This document shows positions 17,007 to 25,482 of a stretch of 29,556 nt of DNA, one piece after another. A program made the position numbers and the translations under genes. Source of the DNA: a virus (lineage: Duplodnaviria > Caudoviricetes); the IMG/VR virus record IMGVR_UViG_3300042297_000397, positions 1 through 29,556 of that record; one strand, written 5' to 3'. Below the pieces are notes generated by a model. It was not told the origin of the DNA, did no database searches, and worked only from the letters and a program-made list of their open reading frames with translations. Positions within the stretch are counted from its first letter, which is position 1, and each line of letters starts with the position of its first letter.

Positions 17007-18228
17007 ACCATACCAAACCGAAATAAGTAACCAAGCTGCTGAAATACTATCTAAACGCAAGATAGTCTACTTAGCGATGGAGGTAAGGACAGGAAAGACT
17101 TTGACCGCATTTGCAACGCTGCAAAATGTAGGCGCGAATAGATGCTTATTTGTAACCAAGAAGAAAGCAATACCCAGCATTCAAAAAGATGCGGAGTTAA
17201 TCGGGTTCGATGCTGAATGTGTGAATTATGAAAGTTTGTATAAGGTAAAAGAACGGTTTAAGTACATCGTAATAGATGAAGCGCATTGTATTGGAGCGTT
17301 TCCAAAGCCATCGCTAAGGGCAAAGCAACTTCGTGCGATTATAGACCAAAATACCTATGTGATTCTGCTTAGTGGAACGGCAAGTCCTGAATCATTTTCA
17401 CAGTTGTATCATCAATTTTGGGTGCATCCATTAAGCCCGTTTGCGCAGTACGGAAACTTTTACAAGTGGGCTAAAGTATTTGTGAATGTCGGAGTTAAAT
17501 ACATAGGGACGGGGCAAACTACAAACGACTATTCCAATGCCAAGTATAAAGACATTGCAATGTTCACCAAGCCGCTAATGCTAACCTACACGCAAGCAGA
17601 AGCTGGTTTTACTCAACAAATTATAGAGGACATTCTTGTCGTTCCTTTGCAAAACTCAACCTATAAGTTGATTAAAGCGGTCAAAGAACATGGGATTTAT
17701 GAAGGTAAAACCGATGTTATACTTGCCGACACGGGCGTTAAGCAACAAAGCAAAGTTCACCAGCTATGCAGCGGAACGGTGATTACCGAGAACGGGGTTC
17801 ACATTGTAGATAATACTAAGGTTAGGGCTATAATTCGCAAATTCACAGGGCGCAAAATTGCCATATTTACAGTTTACCAAGCCGAGATGGACATGGTGAA
17901 AGAGTTAATACCTAATTGCGTAAGTACACCCGAAGCGTTCAATGCCGACCCAACGGCTACTTTTGTTGGGCAAATTCGCAGCAGCCGCGAAGGGGTTAAC
18001 TTATCGAGCGCGGACTGCTTAGTTTACCTAAATATCGAGTTCAGCAGTTTGTCGTATATCCAAGGGCGAGATAGGGCAACTACTAAAGACCGCACAACAC
18101 CGCCCGAAGTTTGGTTTATAATGTCGGAGGGTGGAATTGAATCGGATATTTACAACACCGTAATGAAGAAACAGGATTTCACGCTAAAACATTTCCGAAA
18201 ATGGAAAGCACCTACCAGCGAAAACTAA
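16996..18228 (+). CDS. Superfamily 2 (SNF2/DEAH-like) helicase
   Basis: LRPYQ, RTGKT, IDEAH, LSGT, EGVNL and QGRDR. Confidence 0.9.
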   Translation: MNLRPYQTEISNQAAEILSKRKIVYLAMEVRTGKTLTAFATLQNVGANRCLFVTKKKAIPSIQKDAELIGFDAECVNYESLYKVKERFKYIVIDEAHCIGAFPKPSLRAKQLRAIIDQNTYVILLSGTASPESFSQLYHQFWVHPLSPFAQYGNFYKWAKVFVNVGVKYIGTGQTTNDYSNAKYKDIAMFTKPLMLTYTQAEAGFTQQIIEDILVVPLQNSTYKLIKAVKEHGIYEGKTDVILADTGVKQQSKVHQLCSGTVITENGVHIVDNTKVRAIIRKFTGRKIAIFTVYQAEMDMVKELIPNCVSTPEAFNADPTATFVGQIRSSREGVNLSSADCLVYLNIEFSSLSYIQGRDRATTKDRTTPPEVWFIMSEGGIESDIYNTVMKKQDFTLKHFRKWKAPTSEN

Positions 18229-18479
18229 AGAAACACTTTGAGGGTAATGGCTGGCTGGTGATTAAGATAATACGGGCAACGGTTAACGGCTATCCCGATT
18301 TGATGCTATTGCACCCACTTAGACCAATTATCTTCATAGAGGTAAAAGATGAAAAGGGTATATTGAGCAAGGTGCAAGAGTATCGCATAAAGGAACTGCA
18401 ATCAAAAGGATTTATAGCAATGGTAACTAAGCCCAGCAACTACGATGAAACCATCCAACAAGTCAAGCAAACTTATTGA
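18201..18479 (+). CDS. VRR-NUC domain nuclease
   Basis: GYPDL..FIEVK..GILSKVQ. Confidence 0.88.
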   Translation: MESTYQRKLKKHFEGNGWLVIKIIRATVNGYPDLMLLHPLRPIIFIEVKDEKGILSKVQEYRIKELQSKGFIAMVTKPSNYDETIQQVKQTY

Positions 18480-18630
18480 CACCCAACCAACCCACGTACG
18501 CGCATTCCAACGCCACGGTAAGACGTATTGGGTGGATGGTATTGAGCGAAGGGGCGAAGATTGGTATTGCAGTATAAGAGAGGAAAACGGGCAAAAGTGG
18601 TGGTGGATTGAGGAATATAAATGCAGATAG
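18445..18630 (+). CDS. Hypothetical protein
   Basis: Overlapping small Trp-rich ORF. Confidence 0.5.
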   Translation: MKPSNKSSKLIDTQPTHVRAFQRHGKTYWVDGIERRGEDWYCSIREENGQKWWWIEEYKCR

Positions 18631-18685
18631 CAAGTATTTATGTATGTTTGGGGTCAATGGCGGTTTTACTTAACTTAAAAACACT

Positions 18686-19366
18686 ATGAATCTATTTACT
18701 CAAAATAAAGACTTAAAAAAAACAGGAATTTACGGATGGACACTCCCAGCACATTGGGTTAAATTAAGTGACGGTTCTAAATTTAATACGTGTCCTAACG
18801 CTGGAATTTGCGCTGCATTTTGCTATGCTAAAAACGGCACATTCATGTTTAGTAATGTAAGAAAGGCTCACATTGAAAAACTTGAATTTGTCATAAATAA
18901 CAGGGAAGAATGGATTGAATCAATAAATACTGAATTGAAACTCAAAAAGTACATTGGCAAATATATTCGCATACATGATGCTGGTGATTTTTTTAGTTTG
19001 CAATACGCAATGGATTGGATAAACATTGCCAAAGAAAACCCACAATGTATATTTTACGCATACACTAAAGAGGTTTCAATGTTCAAAAGAATTGGAACGC
19101 TGCCCGATAATTTTATTACAATTTTTTCATTTGGAGGTAGAGAAGACCACCTTATAGATAAAGAGAAGGATAGGCATAGCGATGTTTTTCACGACTACAA
19201 TCAAATGATAGAAGCTGGGTATAACGACATAAGTGATGATGATAGCCAAGCGGCAATAAATGAGAATCACAAAGTAGGGTTATACAGAAACAACATAAAG
19301 CATTTTATTAAAAAAATGGGCAATAAGAAGTTTAGCGAATGGCAAAACGGAGATAAACCCGATTGA
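18686..19366 (+). CDS. GP88-family (radical-SAM-like) protein
   Basis: TCPNAGICAAFCYA, RIHDAGDFF and FYAYTK. Confidence 0.82.
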   Translation: MNLFTQNKDLKKTGIYGWTLPAHWVKLSDGSKFNTCPNAGICAAFCYAKNGTFMFSNVRKAHIEKLEFVINNREEWIESINTELKLKKYIGKYIRIHDAGDFFSLQYAMDWINIAKENPQCIFYAYTKEVSMFKRIGTLPDNFITIFSFGGREDHLIDKEKDRHSDVFHDYNQMIEAGYNDISDDDSQAAINENHKVGLYRNNIKHFIKKMGNKKFSEWQNGDKPD

Positions 19367-19381
19367 ATAACTTTATTTTAG

Positions 19382-19430
19382 CTTTTGTGTTTTTTGTGTC
19401 ATTTATTTAGAAACAGTACCCCGATATTTG
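19382..19430 (+). promoter_or_regulatory. Putative early promoter 2
   Basis: CTTTTGTGTTTTTTG starting 41 nt upstream of GATATTTG. Confidence 0.55.
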
Positions 19431-19453
19431 ACCCAACTTAAAACCACAAAGAA

Positions 19454-19657
19454 ATGCCAAGCTATTATTTTACATGGGAAGGTGTAGACCTTCGCGCAGA
19501 TTACGATGAACTTGTAAGTTCGTCAGGTGAACACGGAAACCCAACAGCACACGTGTACTCCGTTAATTGGAACGGGATGGATGTGGAGTTTTTAGCAACC
19601 GAATGGGGAGGTTTGAACATTGAACAATTAAACGAAGAAATAACAGAAACGCTATGA
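19454..19657 (+). CDS. Hypothetical acidic protein
   Basis: ATG after an AACCACAAA leader. Confidence 0.7.
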   Translation: MPSYYFTWEGVDLRADYDELVSSSGEHGNPTAHVYSVNWNGMDVEFLATEWGGLNIEQLNEEITETL

Positions 19658-20163
19658 GCAATTACAGAAACGTGTACAAGTCAGACCATCTAGGCGTAGT
19701 AGACTTGGAGGAATTGGTAGAATTAGGCAAGCCCCTAATCTTTACCATCAAAGAGGTTAAACAAGAAATAGGCGCAACCGTTGCTGGCAATAAAGGCAAT
19801 TTTAACGTTGCCTACTTTAATGAGCCAATTAAGCCGTGGGTACTTAATTCCACAAATGCTACTACCATTAGACGGTTGGGTAACTTTGGTACAAATGTAG
19901 AAACGTGGAAAAACTTGCCCGTTGAACTTTACATTGATGCTAACGTGAAGATGAAAGGGTTAATAGTGGGCGGTATTCGTATCAAACCGTATCTTCCTAA
20001 GTCAGCTACTCCGCAAGTAAATGACGCTGCTGCAATAGCTAAAATTAACGGAGCAGCCACTTTAAGCGAATTACAAACAGCGTGGCAATCACTTACAACA
20101 GCAGAACAAAAACTGCCAACCGTAATTGCCGCAAAAGACAACCGTAAAATCAATCTAAAATGA
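19654..20163 (+). CDS. Hypothetical protein, possible ssDNA annealing/recombination partner
   Basis: KPWVLNSTN...GGIRI pattern; coupled to exonuclease and SSB. Confidence 0.6.
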   Translation: MSNYRNVYKSDHLGVVDLEELVELGKPLIFTIKEVKQEIGATVAGNKGNFNVAYFNEPIKPWVLNSTNATTIRRLGNFGTNVETWKNLPVELYIDANVKMKGLIVGGIRIKPYLPKSATPQVNDAAAIAKINGAATLSELQTAWQSLTTAEQKLPTVIAAKDNRKINLK

Positions 20164-20804
20164 TAAACTACGAAACAAAACAGAAATCAGAAGAATGGCA
20201 CTCTTTAAGGGTCGGAAAGGTTGGCGGCTCAACTTCGCATCAACTACACGTTAAGTCAGACACTCTTTTGGAGCAATTGCTTGGAGAGATATGCGAGCCT
20301 TTTTTTCACGAGGAAACATTTGTAAGCGATGCAATGCAACGAGGTAACGACCTTGAACCTTTGGCAATTGAAGCGGTAGGTGAATACGTTGGAAAAGAGT
20401 TTAAGTCTTGCGGTTGGATTCAATCTGACGAATGCGGTATAATCGGGGCAAGTCCTGATGGCATTACGGAAGATGAAACAACAATTGTGGAGGTAAAATG
20501 TCCAAGCGCAAAGGCTCACATTGGCTACATTAGAAATGGCGTTATTCCAACTGATTATATTGACCAAGTGTGCCATTATTTCGCTGTATTGCCTACCTTG
20601 CAACAGGTTCACTTCGCAAGTTACCGACCCGAATGTATCAAGCCGCTATTTGTCGTAACGGTAACTCCCGACACAGAAGTAAACGTAGGCACTAAAGCCC
20701 GACCAGTTATCACTACGGTTCGCGAATATGCGGCAACCAAAGTAACCCTTGCAATTGAACTCGAAAAACAAATCAATAACGAATACCTAAAACTAACATT
20801 CTAA
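20160..20804 (+). CDS. YqaJ/lambda-exonuclease family protein
   Basis: QKSEEWHSLR, MQRGNDLEP, GASPDG, EVKCP and YIDQV. Confidence 0.92.
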   Translation: MINYETKQKSEEWHSLRVGKVGGSTSHQLHVKSDTLLEQLLGEICEPFFHEETFVSDAMQRGNDLEPLAIEAVGEYVGKEFKSCGWIQSDECGIIGASPDGITEDETTIVEVKCPSAKAHIGYIRNGVIPTDYIDQVCHYFAVLPTLQQVHFASYRPECIKPLFVVTVTPDTEVNVGTKARPVITTVREYAATKVTLAIELEKQINNEYLKLTF

Positions 20805-21148
20805 TGACAATCACAGGCACAGTTCACCACGTTGGACAAACAGAAGTAATTAGTGACAAATTCAGCAAGCGATTGCTGGTAGTTAAAACCGAGCAAGAGT
20901 ATAATAACCTTTGCCCCGTAGAATTTACAAAGGACAAAGCCGCGCTACTTGACGGGCTGCAAATCGGTCAATCGGTTAGCATCGAGGTAAATTTAGGCGG
21001 CAGAGAATGGAATGGTAAATACTTTGCAAGCATTACTGGGTGGAAGCTAAATACAAGTGCAAAATTGGAAACTCGTGACACCACTTTGAAACCGCAACAA
21101 GTAGCTTCATTAGTTGAAGATATTGACGAAGATATGCTTCCTTTCTGA
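20804..21148 (+). CDS. DUF3127-family OB-fold ssDNA-binding protein
   Basis: NLGGREWNGKYFASITGWK and acidic DEDMLPF tail. Confidence 0.88.
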   Translation: MTITGTVHHVGQTEVISDKFSKRLLVVKTEQEYNNLCPVEFTKDKAALLDGLQIGQSVSIEVNLGGREWNGKYFASITGWKLNTSAKLETRDTTLKPQQVASLVEDIDEDMLPF

Positions 21149-21309
21149 TGCGCACATTAGCAATCACATATTACATCTCATGCCTACTTTGCCCACTTGT
21201 AGCTTTCGAGCCGCACGTGTGCAAGGAGGTGATTAAGCCGACACCAATACACGTTATGCTATTCAGCGTGCAGCAGCAAAGACTATTCTATAAAGATTTG
21301 AACGAATGA
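21148..21309 (+). CDS. Small hypothetical protein with hydrophobic N-terminus (53 aa, not in ORF track)
   Basis: TGATG and ATGA coupling at the two ends. Confidence 0.6.
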   Translation: MRTLAITYYISCLLCPLVAFEPHVCKEVIKPTPIHVMLFSVQQQRLFYKDLNE

Positions 21310-21599
21310 TAAAAGCAACCTTAACCCGAAAGTATACAGCTACCCAAACGCTTGGCGAGTTGGTGATTGGCAATTTCAAATGCAAGACTTTGGAGCTTGC
21401 TTGGAGGGATAACGCTTCAAAGATTAGCTGCATACCCGAAGGCGTTTACCAAGTAGTTCCAAGACACTCGGCAAAGTATGGCAGACACCTACACATTACC
21501 AACGTGCCAAACCGTTCATTTGTGTTAATCCATTGGGGCAACTACGCTGGTTCAATCAATCCAAAAAGCTTATCTTTGGTAGGTAAAGTAAAAAAATAA
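21306..21599 (+). CDS. DUF5675 L,D-peptidase-like protein, N-terminal fragment
   Basis: TLGEL, TLELAW, SCIPEGVY, VPNRSFVLIHWGN; lacks the GC motif. Confidence 0.85.
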   Translation: MIKATLTRKYTATQTLGELVIGNFKCKTLELAWRDNASKISCIPEGVYQVVPRHSAKYGRHLHITNVPNRSFVLIHWGNYAGSINPKSLSLVGKVKK

Positions 21600-22481
21600 T
21601 GACTAAAAAAAGAGATATTACTCTTACCAAAAGTGAAGCGTTAAAAGAATCTTGGAGGAATAGAAAGGACTTTTTGAACGAAGAAGTAGGTCGTGGCACA
21701 TTGCACAACGTATGGAGAAGTAAGGTCTTTACTAAAAAAGGCAAGAAAATAGGTTTTCCAAACGAGTGGAGTACTTTTAAGGGATTCAAAGAAATGGTAG
21801 GGGTCGGGCATGAAAAAGGAAAGATTTTAATAAGGTTAGACCAGTCAAAGCCTTACGGATTGAATAACTTTTTTTGGTGCGACAAAGGGCAAGAATCCTA
21901 TTTGAGTTGCCGCCAATTAGAATATAATGGGCAAGTAAAGTATCTTTTTGAGTGGAGCAAGGAATTTGACTTAAACTATCAAGGGGTAAGGATTAGGTAT
22001 TACAGATACAATAGCCCCGAAGAAATTTTATTTGGAAAAAGAGCAGGCGCAAAAAAGGTGGTTAGAAGTATAAAGGATTTAGAGGACAGAAAATTTGAAC
22101 ACGCTATAACCGCTAAACTTAAGGCGTATAGGAATAGAGATTACAAAAGGAGGTTAGAATTTAATATATCAAGGGATTTTTTGATAGACGCAATAAGGAA
22201 TAAAACTTGTTACTACTGCGATACTCCAGAAAAATTAGGGTTAGATAGAATTGATAACAATAAAGGACATACGGAGGATAATGTAGTGCCATGCTGCCAT
22301 AGGTGCAATATAACACGGGGCAATAATTTTAGCGTTGAGGAATTTTTAGAAATTGGAAAAACCATTAAAAAAATAGATAATGACAGAGCAAGAGAGAGTA
22401 TCGGTACTAAATAAGTTGGGCATATTTGGCAACTATCAAAACTATACGATAGTAGATAAGGGCGATGAATACGAGGTTTTC
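21567..22481 (+). mobile_element. 915-bp HNH endonuclease cassette inserted in the DUF5675 gene
   Basis: Removing it joins ..SINPK to TGQSDIKGC.. in frame; it carries its own TATCTTTG box at 21571-21578. Confidence 0.75.
21599..22414 (+). CDS. HNH homing endonuclease
   Basis: CYYC...GLDRIDNNKGHTEDNVVPCCHRCN; an upstream degenerate copy of the fold (LIRLDQSKPYGLNNFFW); very basic. Confidence 0.88.
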   Translation: MTKKRDITLTKSEALKESWRNRKDFLNEEVGRGTLHNVWRSKVFTKKGKKIGFPNEWSTFKGFKEMVGVGHEKGKILIRLDQSKPYGLNNFFWCDKGQESYLSCRQLEYNGQVKYLFEWSKEFDLNYQGVRIRYYRYNSPEEILFGKRAGAKKVVRSIKDLEDRKFEHAITAKLKAYRNRDYKRRLEFNISRDFLIDAIRNKTCYYCDTPEKLGLDRIDNNKGHTEDNVVPCCHRCNITRGNNFSVEEFLEIGKTIKKIDNDRARESIGTK

Positions 22482-22637
22482 ACTGGCCAAAGTGACATCA
22501 AAGGCTGCGTGTTGGTAGGGTCTGCAATGGCCGACATCAACAAGGATGGGATACTGGACATTGTGAACTCTAAGCCTACCTTTGCTGGCTTGATGCTTAT
22601 GTTTCCTGACGGGTTTGAGTTGACCATTAAGAGTTAA
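22380..22637 (+). CDS. DUF5675 C-terminal fragment with 34-aa foreign N-terminus
   Basis: SDIKGCVLVG...NSKPTF..LM..F.LTI matches the DUF5675 C-terminus. Confidence 0.82.
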   Translation: MTEQERVSVLNKLGIFGNYQNYTIVDKGDEYEVFTGQSDIKGCVLVGSAMADINKDGILDIVNSKPTFAGLMLMFPDGFELTIKS

Positions 22638-22766
22638 CGACGCATTAGAATATGAGAATTGGCGGGAAAAAAGGTTTGTAGTACCGAGTGGAAATCTGAA
22701 ACCTTGAAATACCCATTAAGCTCGACAGTAGCCACTCTTAGCCATTTCTTATATTCTTTGTTGTAA
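22632..22766. other. attC-like inverted-repeat element
   Basis: AAC (22636) and GTT (22760) ends with 16-nt arms at 22648-22663 and 22741-22756 (14/16 complementary). Confidence 0.55.
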
Positions 22767-22819
22767 AACTTTATTTCCACAACGTCCATCTAATTACAAA
22801 ACTAAAGAAAAACACGTAA

Positions 22820-22827
22820 TACATTTG
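22820..22827 (+). promoter_or_regulatory. -7 promoter box (TACATTTG)
   Basis: 4 nt upstream of ATG 22832. Confidence 0.65.
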
Positions 22828-22831
22828 AGCC

Positions 22832-23032
22832 ATGAGCAACCAAACAAAAAAAGACATACCGATTGAAGGCATATTCACATTAGCTAGCCAGCTAATTGAG
22901 TTAATCAAAACAGCTATTGAAAAGCGCGGCTTACTTCGCGAACGGGTTAACCGTTTGGAGCAAGCGTTATTGAAAGTTGCGGAGTATAACCTAATCCAAG
23001 ATGAACGCATTAAAGCACTTGAAGAAAAATGA
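22832..23032 (+). CDS. Hypothetical coiled-coil protein
   Basis: Promoter-proximal ORF with heptad pattern. Confidence 0.65.
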   Translation: MSNQTKKDIPIEGIFTLASQLIELIKTAIEKRGLLRERVNRLEQALLKVAEYNLIQDERIKALEEK

Positions 23033-23214
23033 AAACCTACGCAATAGTATTGACCGATTCGCATCCGTTAATCCCAAAGAACACCAAGCTATTGATGTTT
23101 GATACTCGTGGATTTGGGCGGCAGTTTGGAACTAAAAAAAATGGGGACTACTGGAGTGAAGCATTCATTCTAAGCAAACCAAGCCTGTTCAAAATAGTAG
23201 AAGAAAATGAGTAA
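23029..23214 (+). CDS. Hypothetical protein
   Basis: ATGA overlap. Confidence 0.6.
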   Translation: MKTYAIVLTDSHPLIPKNTKLLMFDTRGFGRQFGTKKNGDYWSEAFILSKPSLFKIVEENE

Positions 23215-23443
23215 CTATTCGCACATCACAGACGTTTTAAATGGCGTGGAGGTGGTTGGACGTGCCAAGCCAACACGTTACACGGCTATTCACTTTGACG
23301 GGCGCACAGTTAAGCATTCGGGTACTTTTAGGGATTTCTGCACGTTGCACAGATTTCCGTATCACACTTTGAAAACACAAGGCAGCACCGCTTTTACGGT
23401 TGGTTATAACTGGGAGGGCTGGCAATTCACAAAAGAAAACTAA
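23207..23443 (+). CDS. Small putative DNA-binding protein, paralog of 24520-24708
   Basis: Shared TAIH...H.GTF..FC..H.FPY..L...NW..W.FTK. Confidence 0.7.
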   Translation: MSNYSHITDVLNGVEVVGRAKPTRYTAIHFDGRTVKHSGTFRDFCTLHRFPYHTLKTQGSTAFTVGYNWEGWQFTKEN

Positions 23444-23449
23444 ACAAAA

Positions 23450-23818
23450 ATGAACCCAATACTTTTAACCATCCCAGTATTTATCGCAGCAGTATTAACC
23501 ATTGCGTGTGGCGTATTGTTCTCAATTATCCATCGTAAGGATGAGGAAATTGATAACCTAATAAAAAACTTGCTGACCTTAAACGAAAGGCACGAAGAAA
23601 TAGTAGATAAGTTGGAATATGACTTAAAGCAATCGGACGAAGCCTACGATTTACTTGTTAAGGATAATGCAAATCATACTATTGAAATTGCATATCTAAA
23701 AGGAGTTATTGCTTCGCTAAAAATCCAACTAAACCAAGCCAACGCTCGCACGTTCACAGGACGCAAGCGGAATAATAAAGGGCAGTTCGTTACCGTTGCT
23801 AAGGACGTTGAGCCTTAA
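23450..23818 (+). CDS. Membrane-anchored coiled-coil protein
   Basis: N-terminal TM helix, coiled coil, C-terminal RNNKGQF. Confidence 0.7.
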   Translation: MNPILLTIPVFIAAVLTIACGVLFSIIHRKDEEIDNLIKNLLTLNERHEEIVDKLEYDLKQSDEAYDLLVKDNANHTIEIAYLKGVIASLKIQLNQANARTFTGRKRNNKGQFVTVAKDVEP

Positions 23819-23823
23819 CTTTA
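23816..23823 (+). promoter_or_regulatory. -7 promoter box variant (TAACTTTA)
   Basis: 4 nt upstream of ATG 23828. Confidence 0.6.
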
Positions 23824-23827
23824 CGTC

Positions 23828-24523
23828 ATGGCAAACGTAACCGTTAGATTAGACACTTCCGACATTCAAAGGATGGCATCCGAAATGTCTAGGACAAAAT
23901 TCCTTATAGCCGTATCTCGCGGCATAAACGATTCCATAAAGTTTGGAAGAACTTATGCGAAAAAGGAAGTTAAAAGACGGTACAACATTGCCCCTATTGA
24001 ATTAAGTAGGGGTGGTCGTAATGATTTGATTCCAATACGACTTGCAAAGCGTAGTGACCTTTCCGCAACCGTGTCTGCAAGCGTTAAGCAGAACATCAAA
24101 TTAAGCGCGTTTAAGGGTGTTAGCGGTGCTGGAGTTAAATTGGTTAGGAGTAAAGACGGAATGTCCATGAGAAAAGGAAGAAAGTCCGTTTCGTCATGGC
24201 AAACTGGTAAAGGCAGAGATAAAGTCCAAATTGAAATAGTGAAAGGCAATAAGGTTACAATGGATAAAGCCTTTATAGCTAGGATGAAGAACGGTCACAT
24301 CGGTGTATTCGGTAGGGCTGGTAGTTATTCGGGAGGTAAGTTTACATTTAGAAATAAAAGAGAAAGTTCAAAATCAGATACTCCAATAGCTGAATTAGGC
24401 TCAATGTCTATGAATAAAGCAATTGACAATGGCAACATTACCAATAACCTTAACCAAGCGGTTAGCACGAATGTTGAGAGCAGAGTAAGGTATTGGCTAG
24501 ATAGATATTCAAGAACGATATGA
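23828..24523 (+). CDS. Lambda gpZ-like tail completion protein
   Basis: AVSRGIN...EVKRRYNI, IKLSAF, AFIARMKNGHIGVFGR and PIAEL motifs; basic. Confidence 0.78.
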   Translation: MANVTVRLDTSDIQRMASEMSRTKFLIAVSRGINDSIKFGRTYAKKEVKRRYNIAPIELSRGGRNDLIPIRLAKRSDLSATVSASVKQNIKLSAFKGVSGAGVKLVRSKDGMSMRKGRKSVSSWQTGKGRDKVQIEIVKGNKVTMDKAFIARMKNGHIGVFGRAGSYSGGKFTFRNKRESSKSDTPIAELGSMSMNKAIDNGNITNNLNQAVSTNVESRVRYWLDRYSRTI

Positions 24524-24708
24524 GAACAGACCCAAGACCAAAGAAATTTACAGCCATCCACGTTAATGACGAGGTAAGAGAACACGTGGGTACATTCAAG
24601 GAGTTTTGCGAAATTCACAACTTTCCTTATGCCGTTTTAAGCAAAGTTGCTGGCAAATGTTTTTCTCCTGATTTTAATTGGAATAGCTGGAAATTTACTA
24701 AGCAATAG
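24520..24708 (+). CDS. Small protein, paralog of 23207-23443
   Basis: Same shared motif; ATGA overlap. Confidence 0.7.
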   Translation: MRTDPRPKKFTAIHVNDEVREHVGTFKEFCEIHNFPYAVLSKVAGKCFSPDFNWNSWKFTKQ

Positions 24709-24718
24709 TGCTTATTTT

Positions 24719-24763
24719 CTCCCCGTAGGCTACATAGAAAAAGGGTCGGGGGGTCTTTTTTTT
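24719..24763 (+). terminator. Possible intrinsic terminator
   Basis: CTCCCCG / CGGGGGG stem with long loop, then T tract. Confidence 0.5.
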
Positions 24764-24796
24764 ACAGAATAATTGCTGTGATTTGCTTTCACGATT

Positions 24797-24832
24797 GCCC
24801 TATCAATCTTAACTGATTGGTGGGGCTTTTTT
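24797..24832 (+). terminator. Intrinsic terminator
   Basis: GCCCTATCAATC / GATTGGTGGGGC imperfect stem followed by T6. Confidence 0.75.
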
Positions 24833-25433
24833 GTCGGTGGAGTTGAACGGAATTACCAACAGAATTACCGACTGATTTTTTTGGTTTTTTAGTCAAGTTC
24901 TAGCGGTTTTACGGGAACTTTTCAAATTGGAAAATAAACGGAATTTCCAACAGAAACCGCAACAAAATAGTTGAGAGAAAGTAGATGGGCTTTGACTAAA
25001 GTTTTCTCAAAAAACCAATCGGACAGAAGTCAAAAATTTTTGGCCGCGTACACAAAAAATAACCGTGGGCGTGATGGGCGGTTTCTTACTAAATGTTGTT
25101 GCTTGTTATAACTTCCGTTTGCACTTTGTTGAGGGGGTGGGTGTTGGCTTCCGTTTGCACCTTGTTGAGCAATTTGTCGTAAAAAAACCACTTCATAACA
25201 AGGCGCAAAATTTTATTGCGCACGATGTTACGCGTCCCTATTTGGGGCGGTTGTGGTATTGCAAACCAAAGCAAAAAAACCGAACGAAAAACATAGAAAC
25301 AAAAATAAACATAGCAACGTGCCCACTACATACGCGCGCGCGTTTCTTATATATAGCAAAAAGTGCTAAAATTTAACGCATTGAAAACCAACACTTTAGC
25401 ACATAATAAAGTGAACACTTAAAAAAAAGTGCG

Positions 25434-25482
25434 CTTTTGTATGTTTTGCAACACTTTTATCCAAATTAGTTGACGAACATTG
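25434..25482 (+). promoter_or_regulatory. Putative early promoter 3
   Basis: CTTTTGTATGTTTTG starting 41 nt upstream of GAACATTG. Confidence 0.5.

Noticed and set aside
21567-22481. Group I intron or intein explanation for the HNH insert
   Set aside because: Only 32 and 67 nt flank the HNH ORF, with no recognisable P7/J8-7 core. In-frame stops and missing Cys/His-Asn ends exclude an intein. A formal Infernal scan is still needed.
25065-25376. ORFs 25065-25376 (+) and 25089-25274 (-)
   Set aside because: Non-ATG starts and no motifs. The 36-nt repeat period is compatible with coding but is not enough to call a gene.
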